Virus record (IMG/VR): IMGVR_UViG_3300050166_000039
Span: 18,059 to 82,058 of that record
DNA: 64,000 nucleotides
DNA from: a virus
Reading direction: 5' to 3' (one strand)
Shown here in pieces: positions 30,845-36,684 of the stretch. The notes below the pieces were generated by a model. It worked only from the letters and a program-made list of their open reading frames with translations. It was not told where the DNA came from and did not search any database. Both the position numbers and the translations under genes were made by a program. Each line of letters starts with the position of its first letter. Positions within the stretch are counted from its first letter, which is position 1.

Positions 30845-30863
30845 AAAAGTTAAAATATTTTTG

Positions 30864-30889
30864 AAACAAACAGATATATAAGAGTATAA
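30864..30889 (+). promoter_or_regulatory. AAAC-N17-TATAA promoter (with nested GATATATA) driving the tRNA-array leader
   Basis: AAAC 30864-67, TATAA 30885-89, GATATATA 30873-80. Confidence 0.7.
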
Positions 30890-30909
30890 CAGTTAAATAA
30901 AAACTAACA

Positions 30910-31002
30910 ATGCAACAAATTTGCCTACATATTACGAAAAACAATTATTGGTTTAGCAATGAACCGATGACGGTCGATCGTATGCCCGGGCTCCAGAGTT
31001 GA
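30910..31002 (+). CDS. Putative attenuator leader peptide (30 aa) MQQICLHITKNNYWFSNEPMTVDRMPGLQS
   Basis: ATG 21 nt after the promoter, TGA TAA double stop, 19 of 20 amino acids; last codons hold the antiterminator strand CGGGCTC. Confidence 0.75.
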   Translation: MQQICLHITKNNYWFSNEPMTVDRMPGLQS

Positions 31003-31049
31003 TAAGTTTTTTTGTGATTGATTTCACACCGAACATAACTAAGAGCCCG
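30987..31049 (+). promoter_or_regulatory. Antiterminator helix of the attenuator
   Basis: CGGGCTC 30987-93 pairs GAGCCCG 31043-49; AGTT 30997-31000 pairs AACT 31037-40; mutually exclusive with the terminator. Confidence 0.7.
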
Positions 31050-31070
31050 ATTTTTAATCGGGCTTTTTTT
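31044..31070 (+). terminator. Intrinsic terminator (attenuator)
   Basis: AGCCCGAT-TTTTA-ATCGGGCT followed by a T-run. Confidence 0.85.
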
Positions 31071-31085
31071 GTTTCAAAAGTTTAG

Positions 31086-31102
31086 AGTTCTTTGACATAT
31101 TG
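31086..31102 (+). promoter_or_regulatory. boxA-like antitermination element
   Basis: AGTTCTTTGACATATTG; identical at 31580, variants at 34478 and 14655; resembles rrn boxA TGCTCTTTAACA. Confidence 0.65.
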
Positions 31103-31110
31103 GTAAAAAA

Positions 31111-31180
31111 GTACGAGATGGTCTTGGAGGCCAATGGGACTGCAAATCCCATGGAGTTGGTTCGATTCCAACCTTGTACT
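31111..31180 (+). tRNA. tRNA-Cys(GCA)
   Basis: TGGGA-CTGCAAA-TCCCA anticodon arm, GTTCGATTC T-loop, U73. Confidence 0.85.
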
Positions 31181-31261
31181 CTACATCCTGTCTCTACAGA
31201 CACACACATCCGGGAGATGAGCAGGATTACGTCGAATAAAGGAGAAGAATAAGACGATTCT

Positions 31262-31337
31262 GGACTGGTAGCTCAGTTGGTAGAGCACTAGACTGAAGAT
31301 CTAGGTGTCGCAGGTTCAAGCCCTGCTCGGTCCACCA
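31262..31337 (+). tRNA. tRNA-Phe(GAA)
   Basis: CTAGA-CTGAAGA-TCTAG, encoded CCA. Confidence 0.92.
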
Positions 31338-31340
31338 CAT

Positions 31341-31415
31341 TGCGGGATGCGTAGAAAATGGTTATCTCATCGGTCTCATAAGCCGAGGTTCCGGGTTCGA
31401 GTCCCGGTCCCGCAA
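31341..31415 (+). tRNA. tRNA-Met(CAU), initiator-like
   Basis: TGCGGGA/TCCCGCA acceptor, TCGGT-CTCATAA-GCCGA. Confidence 0.82.
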
Positions 31416-31421
31416 CAATAT

Positions 31422-31494
31422 AGAGTAGTATATCAATGGCTAGATTACACGTTTTGGGTGCGTGAGGTTGCAGGTTCGAGTCCTGCCTACTCTA
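31422..31494 (+). tRNA. tRNA-Pro(UGG)
   Basis: CACGT-TTTGGGT-GCGTG, GCAGGTTCGAGTCCTGC. Confidence 0.85.
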
Positions 31495-31551
31495 CTTAAA
31501 AATATTTTAAAAATAATTCAACAAATATTTTTTTTATTCGGGAATTATTGT

Positions 31552-31596
31552 TATATTTACCTATCTTAACAAATAAGATAGTTCTTTGACATATTG
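31552..31596 (+). promoter_or_regulatory. Internal early promoter plus boxA-like element
   Basis: TATATTTAC 31552-60; AGTTCTTTGACATATTG 31580-96. Confidence 0.65.
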
Positions 31597-31606
31597 ATAA
31601 AAACAA

Positions 31607-31679
31607 GCAGGTATCGTATAATGGCTTATTACTCTAGCCTTCCAAGCTGGAGATGAGAGTTCGATTCTCTCTACCTGCT
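31607..31679 (+). tRNA. tRNA-Gly(UCC)
   Basis: CTAGC-CTTCCAA-GCTGG, U73. Confidence 0.9.
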
Positions 31680-31776
31680 CAACGTATTTAGCGCTCCAAC
31701 TTAGGTTGGTAAGCATCCGATAGTAACCTCGGACGGGCAACGTGTTAAATAAGCGGTAAGGAAAAGACGAAAAAAT

Positions 31777-31878
31777 AGTCAGGTGGCGGAATGGTAGACG
31801 CAGCCCTGCACACAGGAACTGAATCGAATATGAGTGCAGCATTTAAGATTTGTACAGGTTCGAATCCTGTCCTGGCTA
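31777..31878 (+). ncRNA. tRNA-Leu-scaffold RNA copy 1 (no canonical anticodon arm)
   Basis: AGTCAGGTGGCGGAATGGTAGACGC...TACAGGTTCGAATCCTGTCCTGGCT around a unique insert. Confidence 0.7.
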
Positions 31879-31999
31879 CGAAGATATACACAAAAGTGTT
31901 GTGAGCAACTCAAATTAGTACGGCATTGACCGAGCGAAGTTTTTAGGTTGTAGAGGCAGTGGAGCGACACCACATATCAACTTATTTAGATTGAATAAT

Positions 32000-32133
32000 A
32001 GTCAGGTGGCGGAATGGTAGACGCAAAAAGCCAACTCGTATGTGGAAGCGAGTCTAAATAATACTATCCCTGGTTCGTGGCTCGCATTAGCGGCTGGCAC
32101 CAAGGCTTACAGGTTCGAATCCTGTCCTGACTA
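32000..32133 (+). ncRNA. tRNA-Leu-scaffold RNA copy 2
   Basis: Same flanks, ~80-nt branched insert. Confidence 0.7.
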
Positions 32134-32198
32134 CGGTGATGTTTGGCAACTACGCTGATTAGATGAAAGTTGTTGACAGTTTGGAAAGACAAACAAAT

Positions 32199-32323
32199 AG
32201 TCAGGTGGCGAAACGGTTAGACGCTAATTGAAGGAATAAAGTTCACGACCTACCATACAGGCTAATGGGACTTCAATTAATAAGGTTGCAAACTTAATAC
32301 CCGTTCGAATCGGGTCCTGACAC
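32199..32323 (+). ncRNA. tRNA-Leu-scaffold RNA copy 3
   Basis: Variant flanks with compensatory T-stem ACCCG/CGGGT, 9-bp stem TAATTGAAG/CTTCAATTA with a large loop, variable arm. Confidence 0.7.
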
Positions 32324-32369
32324 TATGGTTTGGTTAGTACTATACAACGAATAGAGGAAGTACAAATAT

Positions 32370-32496
32370 TGTCAAGAGGCGAGAGGAACACGTCCCGAAA
32401 CATTGATACAAAACTTTCTGACAGAAGAGCAACGGAGTCTCTGCTTTATCAATGTACTGATGGAGACTATCACTGGTTCGAATCCAGTATTGACAA
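32370..32496 (+). ncRNA. tRNA-like RNA with expanded anticodon domain
   Basis: TGTCAA/TTGACA acceptor, ACATTGATA/TATCAATGT stem, variable arm, CTGGTTCGAATCCAG T-arm. Confidence 0.55.
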
Positions 32497-32569
32497 CAAG
32501 GAGTTCCCAATCTCAAGTGCTGGTTAACCCTAAAAAGTTATCCGTATGAGCCCATCAAAATTGGAATTT

Positions 32570-32651
32570 GCCTGTATCGCATAGCGGCAATTGCAAGGCA
32601 CTGTAAATGCCTTCTCGTTTGAGTTCGGAGGTTCGAGTCCTTCTGCAGGCA
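32570..32651 (+). tRNA. tRNA-Tyr(GUA)
   Basis: AGGCA-CTGTAAA-TGCCT, long variable arm. Confidence 0.9.
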
Positions 32652-32708
32652 CGATTAAACAAAAATATTTACGTGAGTATAATTAGTACAACTATTAAAA
32701 TTAAAATT

Positions 32709-32921
32709 ATGACATCTAACGAATTCACTTATTGGTTACAAGGTTTTTTTGAAATTTCAAAAGACGCTAATGTAAAAGAACTTGATGAAGTGCAAACTCA
32801 AATTATCAAAGACCATTTGAAATTAGTTTTTAAAAAAGAAACACCTAATAGAACATGGTCCGATACCGGTAACCATGGAACATGTGGAAGAGCTGGAACA
32901 GTGGACACGTTTGGATTATAA
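32709..32921 (+). CDS. Small hypothetical protein inside the tRNA array
   Basis: MTSNEFTYWLQGFFE...QIIKDHLKLVF; AAAC-N17-TATAA at 32657-82. Confidence 0.65.
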   Translation: MTSNEFTYWLQGFFEISKDANVKELDEVQTQIIKDHLKLVFKKETPNRTWSDTGNHGTCGRAGTVDTFGL

Positions 32922-32924
32922 TTT

Positions 32925-33005
32925 GGGAGTGTTGAGCAACGGTTGCTTAGCAGACTGTAAATCTGTGGTCTTCGGACATTGGCGGTTCGAATCCGTCCAC
33001 TCCCA
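32925..33005 (+). tRNA. tRNA-Tyr(GUA), second copy
   Basis: GCAGA-CTGTAAA-TCTGT, variable arm GTCTTCGGAC. Confidence 0.9.
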
Positions 33006-33157
33006 CAAACAAGGTGACGCTACGGTCGTAAGATTCCGGAATCGAGAAGACAAAAAGCCTAAGTGTACAGATGAGCTCCTACAGCCTTGGACTACTATTA
33101 TTGAATGATACGAGCCCTCAAAGTTCGAAAGGAGTCAGATAGTAGTCAAACTTAAAA

Positions 33158-33257
33158 GTATTAGTAATTCAGTGGTAAGACTGGCGTCCCCTCATGGTTA
33201 AGGGCCTAAAAGCTGGGAATAAGACGATCGCCGTTGGTTCGAGTCCAACCTAATACT
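33158..33257 (+). ncRNA. tRNA-like RNA with expanded anticodon domain
   Basis: GTATTAG/CTAATAC acceptor, CAGTGGTAAGA D-loop, GTTGGTTCGAGTCCAAC T-arm. Confidence 0.55.
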
Positions 33258-33263
33258 TTAAAT

Positions 33264-33334
33264 ACGTCTATGGTGCAATGGTAGCATGCAACTCTCCAAA
33301 AGTTTTGATGTGGGTTCGAATCCTACTAGACGTG
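33264..33334 (+). tRNA. tRNA-Trp(CCA)
   Basis: Loop CTCCAAA, ACGTCTA/TAGACGT acceptor, G73. Confidence 0.88.
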
Positions 33335-33397
33335 CAAATAGTTTTATAGGTCGTTCTGTCCTTGGGTTCTATGAATCAAAAACCCTAAAAAAGGCCA

Positions 33398-33471
33398 GGA
33401 CTCGTAGCGAAGAAGGTTATCGCAGCTCGCTCATAACGAGAAGATCGTAGGTTCGAGCCCTACCGGGTCCA
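33398..33471 (+). tRNA. tRNA with CAU anticodon (Ile2 or elongator Met)
   Basis: CTCG-CTCATAA-CGAG, GGACTCG/CGGGTCC. Confidence 0.85.
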
Positions 33472-33476
33472 CATTT

Positions 33477-33548
33477 GATTCTTTAGGCTAACGGATAAAC
33501 CTCTCGGCTACGAACCGAGCATTGAATGTTCGAATCATTCAGGAATCA
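33477..33548 (+). tRNA. tRNA-Arg(ACG)
   Basis: CTCGG-CTACGAA-CCGAG. Confidence 0.88.
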
Positions 33549-33556
33549 CAATACAT

Positions 33557-33679
33557 GATTGTGTAAGTGTACGGCAGCACTGCCCACCGGTAAATTGGGT
33601 GCCTTTTAAGGCTAGGTTAATTTAAAGATGATGAAGTATCGATCAAGTAGTCATCGTGGTTCGATTCCCCTCACAGTCA
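33557..33679 (+). ncRNA. Degenerate tRNA-like RNA with large central insert
   Basis: GATTGTG/CACAGTC acceptor, AGTG..CACT D-arm, weak GGTTCGATTCC T-arm. Confidence 0.4.
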
Positions 33680-33709
33680 CTGAGAGAAAAGCGGAAAGTA
33701 ATAATTGCG

Positions 33710-33781
33710 CGGCGATTAGTGGATTGGTCACCACACTGGCCACACGGGCCGGGGAAGCAGGTTCGATTCCTGCATTGTCGT
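33710..33781 (+). tRNA. Atypical tRNA-Val(CAC)-like gene
   Basis: CTGGC-CACACGG-GCCGG arm (A33 instead of U33), GCAGGTTCGATTCCTGC. Confidence 0.45.
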
Positions 33782-33971
33782 TATAAAGTGCTGGACGCAG
33801 TAAAAGAAACCGATGAGTAGTAACGTGACAAACATTTAAGTTGCAACTAAAGTGTTTGGTGTAGTTAAGTCTTACATGGATTCGCGGTCTTAGGTAAGAT
33901 GTTTCTTTTACGCTCTTTTTAAAAGTTTTTACGGTGGTTCTGGTTCTTCAAAAACGCTATCACCTCCATCA

Positions 33972-34045
33972 GACTCCGTAGCTCAGTTGGTAGATGCACC
34001 TCACTTTTAATGAGGGGGTCAATGGTTCGAGTCCATTCGGGGTCA
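33972..34045 (+). tRNA. tRNA-Lys(UUU)
   Basis: CCTCA-CTTTTAA-TGAGG. Confidence 0.9.
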
Positions 34046-34150
34046 CAATATGCTTCATGCACAATCTTACGATCTCTCAGTTAAAAGCTGTCGTAAGCGT
34101 AAATCGGCACTCCAATACGTTTGTCAGTTGTGAATTACATGAAGCGCCAT

Positions 34151-34225
34151 GCACCTTTAGCTCAGTTGGTTTAGAGCACTGCTTTTACACAGCAGGGGTC
34201 GGAGGTTCGAATCCTTCAAGGTGCA
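34151..34225 (+). tRNA. tRNA-Val(UAC)
   Basis: CTGCT-TTTACAC-AGCAG. Confidence 0.9.
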
Positions 34226-34234
34226 CTGTGAAAT

Positions 34235-34311
34235 GGTGAGTGTAGCTCAATCGGTAGAGCGCTGGTTTGTGGTGCCAGAGGTAGTGGGATCGTAACCCAT
34301 CATTTACCCCA
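34235..34311 (+). tRNA. tRNA-His(GUG)
   Basis: G-1:C73, CTGGT-TTGTGGT-GCCAG, encoded CCA. Confidence 0.9.
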
Positions 34312-34313
34312 AT

Positions 34314-34398
34314 GGAAGTTTGTCCGAGTGGCTTATGGTGACACTTTGCTAAAGTGTTGGATGTAACAGTCCCACAGGTTCGAATCCTGTAACTTCCT
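34314..34398 (+). tRNA. tRNA-Ser(GCU)
   Basis: ACACT-TTGCTAA-AGTGT, long variable arm. Confidence 0.9.
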
Positions 34399-34449
34399 CA
34401 ATGACAAAAAATAATCGGTAAAAGATTTTTATTTGTCGAAACTTTTAGT

Positions 34450-34494
34450 TATATTTACATATAATTAAAAGATTTAGAGTTCTTTGATGTATTG
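34450..34494 (+). promoter_or_regulatory. Internal early promoter plus boxA-like element
   Basis: TATATTTAC 34450-58; AGTTCTTTGATGTATTG 34478-94. Confidence 0.6.
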
Positions 34495-34508
34495 GTAGAT
34501 TAAAAAAT

Positions 34509-34582
34509 GCTCGTATGGTGGAACTGGAAGACACACCAGATTTAGGCTCTGGGTTTTGTAGGTTCGACTCCTACTATGAGTA
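34509..34582 (+). tRNA. tRNA-Leu(UAG), short variable loop
   Basis: CCAGA-TTTAGGC-TCTGG; no long variable arm. Confidence 0.85.
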
Positions 34583-34709
34583 CAAGAGAGATTAGTGAAG
34601 CTGTAGTGATGAGCTTACGAGGTATAGGTTGGAAAAAAGGTTAGTAGTACGACTTTAAGCCTGCACTCATCATCAGTAACCTTGAAAGACCCGAAGTCTC
34701 TCTTTTTAT

Positions 34710-34783
34710 TACCCTATGGTGTAACGGTAACACAACTGTTTTTGGTGCAGTTATTGGTGGTTCGAATCCATCTAGGGTAACCA
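34710..34783 (+). tRNA. tRNA-Gln(UUG)
   Basis: ACTGT-TTTTGGT-GCAGT, encoded CCA. Confidence 0.9.
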
Positions 34784-34795
34784 TCGTCTATATAC

Positions 34796-34867
34796 TGCGA
34801 CGTAGCTCAGAGGCAGAGCAGGGAGCTGTTAACTCCAAGGTCGGGATTTCGATATTCCCCGTTGCAG
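34796..34867 (+). tRNA. tRNA-Asn(GUU)
   Basis: GGAG-CTGTTAA-CTCC, G73. Confidence 0.85.
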
Positions 34868-34878
34868 CAATTAAATAT

Positions 34879-34954
34879 GCTCCGTTAGGCAAATGGTTAA
34901 GCCGCCTCTCTTTCTAAGAGGAAATTAAGGGTTCGATCCCCTTACGGAGTACCA
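34879..34954 (+). tRNA. tRNA-Glu(UUC)
   Basis: CCTCT-CTTTCTA-AGAGG, encoded CCA; unusual U37. Confidence 0.82.
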
Positions 34955-35218
34955 TGAGTAAGAGATACTCAGCAGTCTTTTATCCAAGACTCATTTAACA
35001 ATGGATAGGGCATGGACTTTTCGCCCTGGATACTAGTCTCATGGGAACAAAGGAACGGGGACACGGTTCCTTCCCAGTAAGTGTTGACTTTTTAAGCGGT
35101 AAGACGCGTTGGGTTTTTGAAAGCAAAAACTGTGAATATCTACTTACTATAATCTCAGGTGAGGAAAGAAGTTCTGAGGTTGGCGAGCTCTTCTATAAAA
35201 AAGCAATCCATCCACCAT

Positions 35219-35303
35219 GGTTAGGTGGCGGAATGGTAGACGCAACGTGGGACCTTCTGTTGGTGCAGCACGATAGATACAGGTTCGAATCCTGTCCTGA
35301 CTA
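35219..35303 (+). ncRNA. tRNA-Leu-scaffold RNA copy 4
   Basis: GGTTAGGTGGCGGAATGGTAGACGC...TACAGGTTCGAATCCTGTCCTGACT; CGTG/CACG stem with a 19-nt loop. Confidence 0.7.
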
Positions 35304-35317
35304 CAAAATAAATTATT

Positions 35318-35515
35318 ATGTTTAAAATAGGAGAAAAGGTAAAATTAACGGGAAATCCATTGGATGAACAATTGGGTGAATTTATCATACCAGGTATTAA
35401 AACAATAACCGATATAAAAGACATTATAAACATTGAATATACTTCTAGACAATGGGTAAAAATATCAGAATATAATGATTGGATAGATTCTAATTGGTTT
35501 AAAAAAATAATATAG
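35318..35515 (+). CDS. Small hypothetical protein inside the tRNA array
   Basis: 65-aa ORF MFKIGEKVKL (SH3/KOW-like start). Confidence 0.55.
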   Translation: MFKIGEKVKLTGNPLDEQLGEFIIPGIKTITDIKDIINIEYTSRQWVKISEYNDWIDSNWFKKII

Positions 35516-35682
35516 TCAGGTGGCGGAATGGTTTAGGTTCACAATATGTGGTAAAACGATGAAAGTTTCCAACCAATGGTAGACGCAACAGTTGCTATCG
35601 GAGAAATTAGGTGGGAAAAGTAATCTAACGACTTTAATGTGAGCTTACCACCCTCGTACAGGTTCGAATCCTGTTCTGACTG
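35514..35682 (+). ncRNA. tRNA-Leu-scaffold RNA copy 5 with extra D-loop insertion
   Basis: Same flanks; AATGGT direct repeat brackets a D-loop insertion; unique central insert. Confidence 0.65.
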
Positions 35683-35685
35683 CAA

Positions 35686-35776
35686 AATAATTAGAGAGAA
35701 TGTGGGTTCGAGTCCCACCTGGTCTATCCGGTGAGGATGGGCCGGTAGTGGAAAGGGATAAAGCACTCTATTTATT
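35686..35776 (+). ncRNA. Circularly permuted tRNA-like module (YrlA Y-RNA-like topology)
   Basis: T-arm GTGGG-TTCGAGT-CCCAC first, then capped acceptor helix CTGGTCTATCC/GGATGGGCCGG, then TA plus D-arm; ends pair (TAGA/TCTA). Confidence 0.55.
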
Positions 35777-36110
35777 AAAGTATTGTATCAAATGTGCAGT
35801 GAAAATTGATGTAGGCATACATTAGTGAGGTGGGTCCGATTCCCGTTTTAATTCCTAACTATGGAGGAAGCCAAGTAACTGAGAACACATTATAGCCGGA
35901 TGGGTTGTGCACCTTGTCTAAGAGACCCTAATAGTTCCTAATAGGTCGGTATGGAACTGATACATAAATTATAGGTTGATTGGGGAATGATTATGTCGAT
36001 AGTTCGAGAGTGAATGCTGACTGACATAATCGGAGTTTAGAAGTATTCACCAGAGTAAAGCCAATCATAAAAGTAGATGTCCACTGAACCATCTTCTACT
36101 TTCCTAAATT

Positions 36111-36183
36111 GCTTCCATAGCTCAATTGGTAGAGCCCTCGATTTGTAATCGAGAGGTTGTTGGTTCGAGTCCAACTGGAAGCT
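36111..36183 (+). tRNA. tRNA-Thr(UGU)
   Basis: CTCGA-TTTGTAA-TCGAG. Confidence 0.92.
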
Positions 36184-36317
36184 CAATGTAATTAACATAA
36201 TGTCCTTAGCGGGAGAGCCTAATATGTTACGGATAATCCTTCGGTGATATGTGATGTGGTAACGTGGAAACAAGAGTAAGAGGATTTGAGTTCCACCTAT
36301 GTTAGTTACATTATTTT

Positions 36318-36463
36318 GGTTCTATAGTTGTTTAGGTCGCCTCCTAAAACAATGAGTGGGCTAACGTGACGGTCAACCGTAAAGGCTCTAAGGTGTACAC
36401 GATAAGGAGTAGTTGGTTGAAGTAAGTGACTTAGCGAGATGGGTTCGATTCCCATTAGAACTG
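36318..36463 (+). ncRNA. tRNA-like RNA (acceptor plus T-arm) with large insert
   Basis: GGTTCTA/TAGAACT, ATGGGTTCGATTCCCAT. Confidence 0.5.
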
Positions 36464-36512
36464 CAAAACATAGGTTTAATTACCCTATGTATGTCAGGTT
36501 CGAAACTGACGA

Positions 36513-36586
36513 TTGATTATGGTGTAAAGGTGCACAGAGACCGTAATTGGAGCTCAGGTTTAAGGTTCGATTCCTTTTTAATCAGC
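36513..36586 (+). ncRNA. tRNA-like RNA without a valid anticodon loop
   Basis: TTGATTA/TAATCAG, GTG..CAC D-arm, AAGGTTCGATTCCTT. Confidence 0.45.
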
Positions 36587-36596
36587 AAACTCAATT

Positions 36597-36669
36597 GGGA
36601 TTGAGGTCAAACGGTTAAGATATCGCACTGTCACTGCGTATGGAGCGGGTTCAACTCCCGTCAGTCCCG
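36597..36669 (+). tRNA. tRNA-Asp(GUC)
   Basis: CGCA-CTGTCAC-TGCG, G73. Confidence 0.88.
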
Positions 36670-36684
36670 CATTAATGTAAAGTT

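Noticed and set aside
32140-32195. Hammerhead ribozyme (CTGA...GAAA) after scaffold copy 2
   Set aside because: CTGATTAGATGAAA lacks the CUGAnGA core with a stem II; the required three-stem junction cannot be built.
34879-34954. Reading this tRNA as Arg(UCU)
   Set aside because: The UUC register gives a perfect 5-bp anticodon stem (CCTCT/AGAGG); the UCU register needs mismatches.
31777-35682. CRISPR array interpretation of the repeat-insert-repeat units
   Set aside because: The constant parts are tRNA acceptor, D and T arms flanking each insert on both sides; spacing is irregular and no cas operon is present (the Cas4-like nuclease at 54786 is a common stand-alone phage exonuclease).
31305-36604. 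ORF-track entries overlapping the tRNA array (e.g. 31305, 31561, 31779, 32330, 32875, 33994, 35041, 35221, 35539, 36037, 36413)
   Set aside because: They overlap clear tRNA or tRNA-like genes or are antisense to them, and show no protein motifs.
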